DNA of 64,000 nt from a virus, in IMG/VR virus record IMGVR_UViG_3300029267_006021; one strand, 5' to 3'. A program made the translations under genes and the position numbers. Below, piece by piece: positions 40,739 through 51,549 of the stretch. Each line of letters opens with the position of its first letter. The stretch's first letter is position 1. The notes below the pieces were generated by a model that ran no database searches, was not told where the DNA came from, and was given only the letters and a program-made list of their open reading frames with translations.

Positions 40739-43504
40739 CTATAATTTAGTTCTTAGTTGGAACTGACAAATGATCCATAAAAGAGGAAATACTGGCTGAT
40801 AAAAAGCCTCGACATTACATATCGTAGGATCACTCGCATCCACCTCGGCACTCACCCCCTTGTAATCACTTATAATCTCAGCCTGAACAAGCATCTTTAA
40901 TGTATTTGCGAGAGCTGTCTCAACATCACCTAAAACACTACTCAGGAATTTCACACCAATAAATCTCTGCAAGTTAAATCTTGCAACCTGCTGTACATAA
41001 TCAGCAATTGCTGTAACTGATGGAGTCCTCGTTAACACATTGTCTATCTTTGTCGTAAGTGATTGTCTGATAACTAAATTCGGATCGAGATCTTCGACCA
41101 CTGTCAAACCAGAAATGGCTGTCTGGTTCTGCTCAACAGAATCAAGTTGTCTTGTTAGTCTCTTAAACCCAAGCAGATACTTATTGGTCATTGGGGTTGC
41201 TACATCATACTGTGGAGATACATTTAAGCCAGCAAATGCAGCAGACATAAATGTACTATCAATCGCATACTCTTGTTCAGATCCATATTCATCAATTAAA
41301 CCAATTACTGCTCCATCTGGATAGATACCCCACATTCTTGAAGAATTGGTATTACGAGCAATTACTTGAGCCTCATTAGGAGTTGTTCCTAGCGAAAATC
41401 CAAAGAGGCCCACTCGCTCTGCTCTATAACGAATAGAACTCATCTGCTCAACATGAGCCTTCAGAGCAACACGAACTGAATCATCTGTGGTCAAGGGTAA
41501 TACGAAGTTCGGAAGATAAATTCTTTGTATAGGTTTTTCTAAATTTGTTAATGCGGTTATATAACTGGCTGGTGCTGCCTGGTTCTCACCAGTCTCTTTA
41601 AGAACTTGACAAAGGCCTAAAGCGATTGCACCATTCTGGAAGGCAAGATAAGCGGCGAGAGTCAATTCATTTGTTGTACTAAGGGGCCCAAAATCAGCTT
41701 CTACATCCTTAAATCGAGTGTAAATCTTACAAGAGTAATCTGTTTTAGCGTATTCATAAGTTACATAATAAAAATCACCGATACCAGGTTCATTGCCCGA
41801 TTTGTCGTAAGTACAAATTGTTGCAGTGTCTCCCACATTTATACCAGTCGTATTTATAACAATTGTCCAGAGTCCTGGAATCGACAAAATCGGTTGATTG
41901 CTTGTTGTGTGATTTGCGACTGTCTGGAATTGTAAGGTGTCACCTGTCTGATAAGTAACAGTGGAACCCTGTCTTATTGTAAATCTAACCCCAGTCGTTC
42001 CATCAATATAAGTCTTTTCCAACTCTCCTGTTCCTGAAGACCCACTTGGAGCAAGAGATGAAGTTACGCTATAAGTCGTAGACGAAGTAAAGGTTACTGT
42101 AACTATTTCTAAAGGAGAATATCCAGGTATTGTCTGTAAATCTGGGAATGATGTTGGGATTGCGCCAAGACCTGTTGGCCAAATGATGCCTTCTGTTGCG
42201 AAGTCTGGATCTGTAACATGATCTTGAGAACTGTTGTGGCGTAAGTAATAAACTGCCCCATTATCACGGCTTGTAATTTTATATGTACCAACGCCTGTAA
42301 CTCCTGGTGTAATTACTTCTAAATAATAGCAATCATCTGCCAAAATGTTATAGAAATAAGTTGCATAAACTTTATGCCCTACTGCTGGGGCATCTTTTGT
42401 CCAAACCTTTTTGGCGCTACCATCAAGCTTTTTGACTGTTACTTCACCAGCATTAAAAGCATTAACTGCGCTCGTACCAACAAATACTTTTATTTTGGAA
42501 GTATCATCAGTTACTAAATCTCTACCGCCTCCGTCAACAGGTTCGCGTGAAAGCGTAAATTCTTTAGTGCTTCCATCTCCCACACCCACTGGGTCCATAT
42601 AAACTACATTGTCAATTAAAGTGCGAGAGACTTGTGTGTCATCAAAATATTCATAACCTGGCGTATGTGTTCCAGCGCTAATAACAGCGGCTGCCCCCCA
42701 CTGTATTGTATCGTCTACAAGAACAAAATCTGTATCTTCAATAAAATCTGTTGAATCTGGAGAATAGCCCACTCTAATTATATCCGTGACATTTTTGTTG
42801 AATAAATCATCTCCAGTATCTTGATATCTATTATAGTAGTAGGTAACGAGTACTGTGGCGCCCGCTGCCGGAGCAGAACTCAATTGAAATGTTCCAGATG
42901 TACCTGCGATCGAACTAGGTGTAACTGTACTTCCATTAACCTTTACTGTAATATCTGCGACCGAATTTGTTATAATTCCACCACCTGTTCCATCAACAAT
43001 TGGTACATAATTTGTTTTAAAAACCTTGTTCGTTCCATCAGCCTGAGATGAAAGATCTTCATCTGCTATCTGAGTATCTGTTCTATTATAATAATAAGTT
43101 ATAAGAACGGTTGCGTCTGCTGCAGGTATTGAATCTAAATAAACAACTCCTGTAGCCCCCTGAACTGCTGAAACCCCAACAGGCTCATTATCTACAAGAA
43201 CAGTTACATCTCTTGGGTTTGTAGTAGTTTGTCCTTGTCCTGAACCTGTTACAATTGGAAAATTAGCAACAGTAAAACTTCGATTTGTTCCATCTAACTG
43301 GCTAGAAACATCTTCCTTTGAAATCAAATTATCAGCAATAGAAGAAGAGCCTCTAAAGAGTTCGTCAGTTGCTTCAAGAGTCTCTTTTCCAACACCAATA
43401 AATGCCGGGAATCTAATGCCCCCAGTAAAACTCGGCACAGTTTGATCAGTAAGGGTTCTAGTATATGGACCTGGAGGCACGTATGATGTAAAAGGACCGA
43501 CCAC
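40739..43504 (-). CDS. Tail sheath protein with inserted repeated beta domains
   Basis: N-terminal YVPPGPYTRT; C-terminal sheath fold (HVEQMSS..RAER, IRQSLTT, YQPVFPLLWI); late-type box at 43564. Confidence 0.9.
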   Translation of the reverse strand: MVGPFTSYVPPGPYTRTLTDQTVPSFTGGIRFPAFIGVGKETLEATDELFRGSSSIADNLISKEDVSSQLDGTNRSFTVANFPIVTGSGQGQTTTNPRDVTVLVDNEPVGVSAVQGATGVVYLDSIPAADATVLITYYYNRTDTQIADEDLSSQADGTNKVFKTNYVPIVDGTGGGIITNSVADITVKVNGSTVTPSSIAGTSGTFQLSSAPAAGATVLVTYYYNRYQDTGDDLFNKNVTDIIRVGYSPDSTDFIEDTDFVLVDDTIQWGAAAVISAGTHTPGYEYFDDTQVSRTLIDNVVYMDPVGVGDGSTKEFTLSREPVDGGGRDLVTDDTSKIKVFVGTSAVNAFNAGEVTVKKLDGSAKKVWTKDAPAVGHKVYATYFYNILADDCYYLEVITPGVTGVGTYKITSRDNGAVYYLRHNSSQDHVTDPDFATEGIIWPTGLGAIPTSFPDLQTIPGYSPLEIVTVTFTSSTTYSVTSSLAPSGSSGTGELEKTYIDGTTGVRFTIRQGSTVTYQTGDTLQFQTVANHTTSNQPILSIPGLWTIVINTTGINVGDTATICTYDKSGNEPGIGDFYYVTYEYAKTDYSCKIYTRFKDVEADFGPLSTTNELTLAAYLAFQNGAIALGLCQVLKETGENQAAPASYITALTNLEKPIQRIYLPNFVLPLTTDDSVRVALKAHVEQMSSIRYRAERVGLFGFSLGTTPNEAQVIARNTNSSRMWGIYPDGAVIGLIDEYGSEQEYAIDSTFMSAAFAGLNVSPQYDVATPMTNKYLLGFKRLTRQLDSVEQNQTAISGLTVVEDLDPNLVIRQSLTTKIDNVLTRTPSVTAIADYVQQVARFNLQRFIGVKFLSSVLGDVETALANTLKMLVQAEIISDYKGVSAEVDASDPTICNVEAFYQPVFPLLWIICQFQLRTKL

Positions 43505-43572
43505 TTTATGACCTCCTATCTTTATTTACTCAGATTATCACAAACTTCTAATCAGTACAACAAATTAGTAGA

Positions 43573-44034
43573 TTATTTTGAATCATCGAATTGTGATAAA
43601 CCTTGGGCTTCTCTTTTTTTGCGGTGTTCTGACAAAGCTTCTCGATATTCACCTAACATTGTTTTGCGTTTAGACACAACACGATCATCCGCTGGAACAT
43701 ATTCCATCTCCCCTGGATTTCCTGAGGGTAATCTTCTTAAACGTTTTTCTTTAGTTGACTCCCGATATTTTTCTTTTTCTTTTTGTCTTTGTTCAAAAAT
43801 AGGTCGGATCTTTTTATCGACTGTTTCACCAACTCGTCTATCTAACTCTTTTTGAGAGTAGGTTATATCAGAGCTATAGGGAGAACTATCTTTCACAATT
43901 GGAGGAGCAATTTGGGAAATTACTCTATTACAAGATTTTCCACAAATTGGGCACTCATGCGAACTAACATGCACTGGAACTAACCGTTCAAATAAAGCTT
44001 GACAAGATGCACATTTAAATTCGTAAAGTGGCAT
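43573..44034 (-). CDS. FmdB-family zinc-ribbon protein
   Basis: MPLYEFKCASCQ...CPICG...RVIS; AGGAG SD before the ATG at 44034. Confidence 0.85.
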   Translation of the reverse strand: MPLYEFKCASCQALFERLVPVHVSSHECPICGKSCNRVISQIAPPIVKDSSPYSSDITYSQKELDRRVGETVDKKIRPIFEQRQKEKEKYRESTKEKRLRRLPSGNPGEMEYVPADDRVVSKRKTMLGEYREALSEHRKKREAQGLSQFDDSK

Positions 44035-44044
44035 GAATTTCTCC

Positions 44045-45505
44045 TTAAACCAAACGCTCGAAATTTCTATAACCCACACGCATGACTGGAACTTCATTTG
44101 GTAATATTGCTTCTAGCTGAAGAGACGAAACTTCATCTCCTCCGACCTCCCGAACATTCTCTTCACCTCCTAAAACATAATCAAATCTTCTGAAGGCAAA
44201 AGGTAGGGGCTTATGTAATTCCCAATCAGTCTCTAAAGATAGAGTTAAAGAAGACATAAAATACATGCTACCTTCGGTTTCATTATAGACTTCCTCAGAT
44301 TCACCTCCATGTGAGATATCCTTGACTACAATACCTTCACGATCGAGCCTTGGTTTTAAACCTTCCCATAAAACAGAAAGTGTAACATCTGCTAATTCTT
44401 CTCTCTGTAATGGGTCTCGAGCATAAACATTTATTGATAGAGAAAGGTCCCATTTGCCTCCGAAAGCCTGAGCTACTTGCTCTCGATTATTACGAATAAT
44501 AACTGCTTGTTTATCATCTTTTTCGACACCCCTCTCAAAAGCAAGAACAACACCTTTTATTGCCTGGTTATTACTTCTATCCTGTATTAATGGATAAGGG
44601 CCTCGTGAAGCTCCTGGGTATTTGTAACTCACAGTTAAAATTGTGCCTTCAGGCATACTCGGATTGATTAAAGTTAAAATTCCAGTAGTTGTATCTACTG
44701 TATATTCTGTACCCTCTATCATTTCAATTCGCTGATCACGCCAAAGATCTATAGGCACAGACAATACTGGGAAATGATCAAGTTGGAAAGTTGTCTCAGA
44801 TCCATCATAATCTAGAGTCAGAATTTCATCTTCTACCACATACAATGGATCAATTACAAATTCATTCTTACCTGTAACTTCAATATAATAGATACCTTGA
44901 GGTTCAAGAGTTCTATAATAATACATGACTTTAACTTCATCTGAAATAGCAGGAGCCATCTCTAAAGTTATTCGTCCAGTAATTGGATTTATTTCTTCAG
45001 GAAGAACAGGAACAGCGTTTACTGTAACACGTACAGATAAAGACTTAGTGGCATATTCTCCTGTTCTTGGGTCTACAATTGGGGTATTACTAACCTGAAT
45101 AATCCGTACAGTTCCATCCATTTGTGCCGAGACATCTTCTGTAACTTTAGCCTGTATATTTTCAACATCTTCACGAATCCATTCTATTGAGCGTCCCTTA
45201 TAATTTGCGACACGAGCTAAAAATACATGACTAATAACTGTACCTATAAAATTATCAGCTGCCAGCTTAATTAAATCGCCACTTATATTGTTGACTACAA
45301 TACCAAAACTTGGACGCTCATCAAAAGCATATTTATTTTGAATAAACTGCTCGATCTCCTTATAGGTCGGATGTCCCCGAAAAACTGTTTTCAATTCATC
45401 TATAATACGAAATTTAATAGCCTTAGTGAGACGACTCATATTAATTTTAGCCGTCTCACTGGGCGGAGTCGGCGGAGAAGTTGTAGCAGGAGTAGGCTGT
45501 GTCAT
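44045..45505 (-). CDS. Putative tail completion / neck protein
   Basis: Upstream of the sheath; LSINVYARDPLQREELAD; shares the EDVSxQxDGT domain with the sheath. Confidence 0.55.
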   Translation of the reverse strand: MTQPTPATTSPPTPPSETAKINMSRLTKAIKFRIIDELKTVFRGHPTYKEIEQFIQNKYAFDERPSFGIVVNNISGDLIKLAADNFIGTVISHVFLARVANYKGRSIEWIREDVENIQAKVTEDVSAQMDGTVRIIQVSNTPIVDPRTGEYATKSLSVRVTVNAVPVLPEEINPITGRITLEMAPAISDEVKVMYYYRTLEPQGIYYIEVTGKNEFVIDPLYVVEDEILTLDYDGSETTFQLDHFPVLSVPIDLWRDQRIEMIEGTEYTVDTTTGILTLINPSMPEGTILTVSYKYPGASRGPYPLIQDRSNNQAIKGVVLAFERGVEKDDKQAVIIRNNREQVAQAFGGKWDLSLSINVYARDPLQREELADVTLSVLWEGLKPRLDREGIVVKDISHGGESEEVYNETEGSMYFMSSLTLSLETDWELHKPLPFAFRRFDYVLGGEENVREVGGDEVSSLQLEAILPNEVPVMRVGYRNFERLV

Positions 45506-46467
45506 TGTAAACTACTCATTCGTTCTTTTAGAATCTGTATTGCTTGCTCTACTTCATCTTCAGTTATTTTTGCGTCATCTTCAAGTAATTTCTTTAATTC
45601 ACGGTAGACATAAAGATAACCATACCGAGCTAAATATTTAAATATTAAATTTTGTGGCGAAACCATTTCATAATCTTCCCTACGCTGTTCTTTGATCTCA
45701 ACTCCCTCTTCAACAAATTTTTCTATTTCATCTTCCACTTCTTCAAGCTTTTGTTTGATCTTTTCAGCAAATATAATTTTGTTTTCAGGGCTAAGAGTTT
45801 TTATTGCCTCTAATAGTAAGTCTATATCTTTAAGATCTCTAAATATAGAACCAATCTGCAGATCAAAATTTTGAGCAATTTCTTCGGCATCTTTTAGAAC
45901 ATCAGCAAAAGCCTTTTCTGGATCAAAACCAATCTCGACTATTCGGGGCGGTGCTAACCACTGATTTCCAAAAATAGAGTAAATACCATCATGTTTTCCG
46001 ATATCTTCAACTCGTTTAAAAGCTTGCTCTTCTGACTCAAAATAAAATTCAATTGGATGCTCAGTTCTAAAAACAAATTCTTTTTCTTGAGTATTCAATA
46101 TTCTACGCCACTGGTCATTCATAAAAGGTATAACCAAATCTTCAGAAAGCGTAGATTCTTCTAGATCAATAAACTTAGAAACATCAATTATAACATGAAT
46201 ATCTAAATCGGTTTTTCTTGTATACTGATAAGAGGTGAGAGAACCTAAAACAAGCATGTCTATAAGCCACTCATCAAAATTAGCATAACCTTGTCCAATT
46301 AAAAAAGAGAAAAGCTTGCTTTGAATTTGCTCTTTGACAGATTTTCTTAAAAGACCTTGCTCATTCCAAATGGATAAATCCAAACCTTGCTGAGGGTAAT
46401 CTAAAATACTACTTTTCTTCTCACATTCGTTTGAACTATATTTACTCATAATCCTAGACGTTTCCAA
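45502..46467 (-). CDS. Pol-beta-fold nucleotidyltransferase in a late operon
   Basis: LGSLTSYQYTRKTDLDIHV (GS...DxD), HPIEFY, GIYSI, NLIFKYLARYGY. Confidence 0.8.
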   Translation of the reverse strand: METSRIMSKYSSNECEKKSSILDYPQQGLDLSIWNEQGLLRKSVKEQIQSKLFSFLIGQGYANFDEWLIDMLVLGSLTSYQYTRKTDLDIHVIIDVSKFIDLEESTLSEDLVIPFMNDQWRRILNTQEKEFVFRTEHPIEFYFESEEQAFKRVEDIGKHDGIYSIFGNQWLAPPRIVEIGFDPEKAFADVLKDAEEIAQNFDLQIGSIFRDLKDIDLLLEAIKTLSPENKIIFAEKIKQKLEEVEDEIEKFVEEGVEIKEQRREDYEMVSPQNLIFKYLARYGYLYVYRELKKLLEDDAKITEDEVEQAIQILKERMSSLQ

Positions 46468-48279
46468 AGCGCTTTAATCGTTGCATAATGTACTTCAAAT
46501 TCAATGCGAGGTAGTGTTGTCCACTTCTCAGGACTAATTTGATTTCGCTTAAAATAATCTTGTATTAGCTGATCCTTAACTGAAGTTCTACAATTGGTTA
46601 TCTCCCCATTAACAAGCCAAGTTCGCTTATCTATTTGTTTAAATTTCATCTTTTAAAGCTTCTTCCAGGAAATCTTCTAAACGAGATCTATTGAAAAAAT
46701 CAGAATCGATTATATCTTCAAAAATCTCATCAACGAACATCTGTATGATTTCCTGCTTATCTAAAGTTTCCCATTTCGCTTCATATTCCTCAGGCAAAAC
46801 TTGCTCGAGTTTTCTTTGAATCTTTGAAGCAATATTGTTATCAATTGTGAGACGAACCTGGGCTTCTTTTGAATGCTCTGTAAGATTTTCTATTAAATGT
46901 TTGAGTTCTGCTTTTTTCATTATAATCCCCATTCTGACAAAGTATAGAGATCAGTATATTCCCGATCCATAATCGGATCAAAAAACTGGGCAAGATTTGA
47001 ATAACTTCCATAAGACTCAAGAAGATCAGACAAACCAGATTCTTGAAGTTTTAAAGCCTCTTCTCTAGCACTCTTTAAAAGATCAAGTGTATCTTTTCTG
47101 GCTTTATGATCAATTTCTTTCCAAGGAACAATTAGATCATCTGGTTCACTTAAAACCTTACAAGTTCTAATCAATATCTCAAAAGCATATTTTTCATCTA
47201 TAATCTCTTCGAGTATTCGTTTAATCTCCTGGCACAAATTTAGATATTCTCTATGAGAGATTTTGTCAGCATATTTTTGAAGAATTCGACTAATTTGTTG
47301 ATCCATTTTCAAACCACAAAGAATAACTAATTTAGAGAGTATAAGTGTATTATTGAAATGGATTATGAAGATTTAGGTTTTCTTCCCCGTTTTTTAGGTT
47401 CTGGCTTTTTAGGTTGCTTTTCTTCTGGAGGTATAGGAGGGGCTGTTTTTGCTTTCTTTAAAACCGTGACCCAACGATCACGAATAGCATCTCTAAGAGA
47501 AGCAGATTTTAGATACTCGTCATTTGAAAAATCAGCTATTTCATTTTGTGTGAGTTTTCTTTTTAATTCTGGAATATTGAGTGCTTTTACATTACACCTG
47601 ACTTGGACTTCCATTTAAATCTCCTTCAAATCTAAATCTTAAGCTTCTTCGATTTCTTTATTTGTGACGTTGTAAGTCACTGCCCTAAAAGGGAAAGATT
47701 GATCTGTAACCAAATACACATCCATTTTCAATGTAGTCGGACCATAATATGGATTAAGGATAAACATCTCTTGTTGTATAGTGGCCATTAAGAATCTCCT
47801 CAATCCAAAAACTGTGGCATGTCTTGAATATTAAAATCTGGCATCTCAGTAGGTTCAAATGGAGCAAAAGTTGGCATATCTTGAATGATAATAAACACAG
47901 GCATATCTTCTAAAAGAATCTCTTCTTCATCGGCAATTTTTGAAGGCCTTTTTGCTTCCTCGAGCATCTTAACAACTTGATCAAGTTTTTCGGCAACCTT
48001 TAGACGAAGATCATAACTTAATTTGGTTTCATCTTCACTGACTACTTTTAAAGCAGGATCTTTATAAGCCAGTAAAGCATCCCAAACATATTTCATCAGA
48101 GAAAAGGGCGATCTCTTTGAATCAATAATAGAATTCATTTCTCTTTTGGATTGGTCATTTACTTTAGATTTATTAACAGTTTCATGTAGAAGATCTTGCA
48201 TTGGTTCAAGATCTAAACCCTCAAGTTGATGGGCTACATCTTCAAAAACTGATTTAAATTTCTTTCTAATATCAGCCAT
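46446..48279 (-). other. Small late-region hypothetical genes
   Basis: ORFs at 46446, 46639, 46920, 47363 and 47800; late-type box at 48316. Confidence 0.6.
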
Positions 48280-48329
48280 TTAATAGACTCCTATAAATAA
48301 CTTAAAAACCAACTAATTAGTAGAGTATT

Positions 48330-49658
48330 TTAGTATTCGATGTTCTCAAAAGTAATTGTTCTGCCTTTTATTTCTCTCTTATCTGGAATTTCTGGTTTAT
48401 CAGTTATAACTGGACTATCGCTTGTTGTACCAGGAGGTTCTCGAGTATTATCGACTTCTGGAATTGGTCCCTCTATTGTAGCTTCTGGATATACTGGAAC
48501 CTTATAACGGGCATCTCTTGTGTCAATATATTGCACTTCAAAATGTTGTTGAAAAATCGCCCCATGAGCCCCTTCTGGTGTGATTGCTCCTACTGCATAT
48601 CTTTCGCCATTTGCTCGAATTATAAAATCTCTTTGAGAAAGTAAAGGAGATGGGCCAGTCCAAGTAGAAAAGGAAAAATTAAGCCTCATACCAGTTTCTG
48701 CAATTTCTTTATTTCGGGGAGCCTCTGGAGAAGCGATAATTATATCAAAAGGCCCAGAATAACCTCCTACATAGCCTGTCCCATAACAAATAGGACAATC
48801 ATGATAACTTCTCTTATGGGTATCCGACCAATCAGGACAACGAGTTCCCATCCATTTTCTAATAAATACTTTTACCCTTTCTCCCCCTTGTTGTAATATC
48901 CATCTATTGCGACGGATAGCTTCTCGCCACATCCAATTAATACGTTCAACTTGTTGAAATGTTTCACCTTCTACCTGATTAAGTGGGGTTTCAACTATTT
49001 CTCCCGTATCTTTACGTGTGCCTATGGTTGTAACTTTATAAAAAATTCGATTATCAATGCGTAATGGAACACTATTTGTATTATAACGATAAGTACATAA
49101 GACTCTGCTTGCTGAATTATTAAAATCAGGCAAACGAGCAGTTATAGTTTTTCTTGTTGCATGATCATAATAACCTGAAGTAATTAAAAACACCTCACCT
49201 GTTGAACCGATAACTCTATAAATCGGAGTTTCAACAAGTTCTCCGTCACCCTTATCTATCTTTACAACAATATCCTTTGTATCACTAGCGTATGATAATT
49301 GTGGAGAATCCTTGACTATTGGTCGATGCATTGTCTTAAAAATATATTCATTTCGTTCATTATCTCCTCGGCTTATAAAATTATTCGTTACATCCTCATC
49401 AACAATTAATTCATTCGTCACACGATCTCTATAGGTTAGAGTTCCAATAGGAGTTTCAGTTAAAAGTTTATAAGGCCCGAATTCACTATTTGGTGATTTA
49501 TAAACATTGACACCCGTTATATCAAAATTAGCATTATCTGGATCATCAACAGGATTATCAAAACGAATGTCTAAAGCACCATCAACAAAAGGATGTACAC
49601 AGAAAACATTACGAGGACCATTCGGATATAAATTATTTGTTTTGGAAGTTATAGACAT
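48330..49658 (-). CDS. Putative neck / head-closure protein
   Basis: FN3-like N-terminus; GGERVKVFIRKWMGTRC...CPICYGTGYVGGY pattern of myovirus neck proteins. Confidence 0.55.
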   Translation of the reverse strand: MSITSKTNNLYPNGPRNVFCVHPFVDGALDIRFDNPVDDPDNANFDITGVNVYKSPNSEFGPYKLLTETPIGTLTYRDRVTNELIVDEDVTNNFISRGDNERNEYIFKTMHRPIVKDSPQLSYASDTKDIVVKIDKGDGELVETPIYRVIGSTGEVFLITSGYYDHATRKTITARLPDFNNSASRVLCTYRYNTNSVPLRIDNRIFYKVTTIGTRKDTGEIVETPLNQVEGETFQQVERINWMWREAIRRNRWILQQGGERVKVFIRKWMGTRCPDWSDTHKRSYHDCPICYGTGYVGGYSGPFDIIIASPEAPRNKEIAETGMRLNFSFSTWTGPSPLLSQRDFIIRANGERYAVGAITPEGAHGAIFQQHFEVQYIDTRDARYKVPVYPEATIEGPIPEVDNTREPPGTTSDSPVITDKPEIPDKREIKGRTITFENIEY

Positions 49659-49664
49659 GAAATT

Positions 49665-50462
49665 TTAACCACTAGACCGAACGAAATATTTACCCCGTAG
49701 AGATTCAGCAGCGGCTTCAAGTTCTGGATTATTTACACTACGAGCAAAATTGGCAATCTCCTCTCGCATGCTATTCAGCGTTTGTGAAACATAACCTCTA
49801 CTAATACCGAGGTCTTCTTGAATTTGTTGCCCAGTTTTACCCTCAAGAAGCATATCAAAAACTTTGCCGAATCGTTCTTTAGTTTCATATAGATAATTAC
49901 GAATATCCTTAACTAGTGTATTATATTCCGATTCAGTTTCAGCTGTGTCTCTGATATCTATAAGTAAATCAGCTGGGATACCGGCTCCTTCTTCACTCTC
50001 TTCTGTAATAATTGGAGCTGTCCGTTCATATTGTTTTTGTAAACGTTTTTTATAGTCAAAGATACGACTCTTGGTATTTGTAATAATCATATTATGTAAT
50101 TTACCCCGATCAGGATCAAAGCGATCAAGCCAATCAGGCAATGATGCCAAAACTTCAGCCTGAACTTCTTCTACATCCATACCTCTAAGGCCATATTTTC
50201 GAATAGTTCCAGAAACTAAACCCGTAATACTAAATCCCTCGCCGTCTGGAAGAGTCTCTACAGGTATACCTTTTTCTTTGACCTGTTCTATAAACCATTT
50301 ATCAATTGCTTTTAAAGTATCATCACAAAGCTTCTTAAAATAAGCAAAATGTTCTGAACTAACTTTTAAAGAAGACAGAGTCTTTAAAGCTTTGAGCAAA
50401 AAATTTAGAGCCATTCTTTGAGTTTCTGAAACTTTAGTTACCATTTTTGGAATCTCCTTCAA
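49665..50462 (-). CDS. Phage sigma-70-family factor
   Basis: Region 2-like DVEEVQAEV...RFDPDRGKL...IFDYKKR; region 4 HTH GKTGQQIQEDLGISRGYVSQ. Confidence 0.8.
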   Translation of the reverse strand: MKEIPKMVTKVSETQRMALNFLLKALKTLSSLKVSSEHFAYFKKLCDDTLKAIDKWFIEQVKEKGIPVETLPDGEGFSITGLVSGTIRKYGLRGMDVEEVQAEVLASLPDWLDRFDPDRGKLHNMIITNTKSRIFDYKKRLQKQYERTAPIITEESEEGAGIPADLLIDIRDTAETESEYNTLVKDIRNYLYETKERFGKVFDMLLEGKTGQQIQEDLGISRGYVSQTLNSMREEIANFARSVNNPELEAAAESLRGKYFVRSSG

Positions 50463-50844
50463 TCTTCTTATTCAAAAACTGTTGATTGAGAATCAAACCT
50501 TTTACATAATCACTATAACGCTTGTCAACCCGAGCATTAGTTTTTTCTATTGCTTCTTGTTTTGTGGATTCTTGTTCTATAGATTCTTGTTCTATAATTT
50601 CTTCCTGTTCTAAGTTAAACTCTGGATTTTCAACATAAAAAAAATCAAAGGACAAAGGAGGTAAGACAAATATATTAGGTTCCTGTCCTCTAAGTTTTGA
50701 AAATTTTCTCAGTATCGCCATTAGAGAAACCTATAAAGGCCAATTAATAGAGGTATTAGTGGATTATAGATTAGGGAAGTGTATTCACAAAAAATAAGAC
50801 CAGGTCTTACCCAGCCTTATTTATTTGAGAGTTGCCGTGTATGC

Positions 50845-51165
50845 CTACTTATTTAGATCTAATTCTTTTAAAAAGTCGTCTAATTTTCCCTTATCTTTAA
50901 CTTCTGACACAACATCTGTGGTAAGATTTTTGGCTACCTCTGGATTCTTTGTTTTCTGTCCCTCAATTGCTTTAGTTGCTGCCCCAGCAATATCTTTAAC
51001 ATTTTCTAAATCTTCTTTGAGGGTGTCTGCTGTTTTCTTATTTACCCAACCATGCCGAACAGCGATTGCTAAAGCAAAACCTAATACAGGGATCACAATA
51101 CCTGAAATAATGACTGCAACCAACTGAACTGTTTCCATTGAAGAACCAGTATCTAAAAGTAGCAT
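50845..51165 (-). CDS. Holin/spanin-like single-TM membrane protein
   Basis: Hydrophobic LVAVIISGIVIPVLGFALAIAV followed by a charged tail. Confidence 0.5.
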   Translation of the reverse strand: MLLLDTGSSMETVQLVAVIISGIVIPVLGFALAIAVRHGWVNKKTADTLKEDLENVKDIAGAATKAIEGQKTKNPEVAKNLTTDVVSEVKDKGKLDDFLKELDLNK

Positions 51166-51175
51166 CTGAAACCTC

Positions 51176-51442
51176 CTATGCTAAAATAGCGGCGACAGTA
51201 CCAGCCAACTTCAAAATTTCTAACACTTTAAAAGCTCCGTCTTTTAAAGATTCAACGACTTCAATCTTATCTTTTTGAGAATTGAGGGCCTCAGCGGCTT
51301 TCAATAAAATATCAGCAGCCATTTCATCTGTAAGATCAGTTCTTTCTACATTGACATCAATATTATACTGCTTAAAATAATCATCTACTGTCATCTTTTC
51401 AGACGGTTTATTTTCTTCTGGTTTGTTTTGTTCTTCTGACAT
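51176..51442 (-). CDS. Hypothetical protein with hydrophobic C-terminus
   Basis: ORF track; GAAGGAG SD. Confidence 0.55.
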   Translation of the reverse strand: MSEEQNKPEENKPSEKMTVDDYFKQYNIDVNVERTDLTDEMAADILLKAAEALNSQKDKIEVVESLKDGAFKVLEILKLAGTVAAILA

Positions 51443-51549
51443 TATCTTCTCCTTCTATCTCAACTGGTTAACAGTTATTTGTTAAGAGTGGGTGCCCTAG
51501 CACCCACTCCAGGGAAAGGAGGCTTGGCTGTGGACCAAGCAGAGGAACC

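Noticed and set aside
40739-43504. Intein explaining the long sheath
   Set aside because: No intein splice-junction (HN) or LAGLIDADG motifs; the extra length is repeated beta domains.
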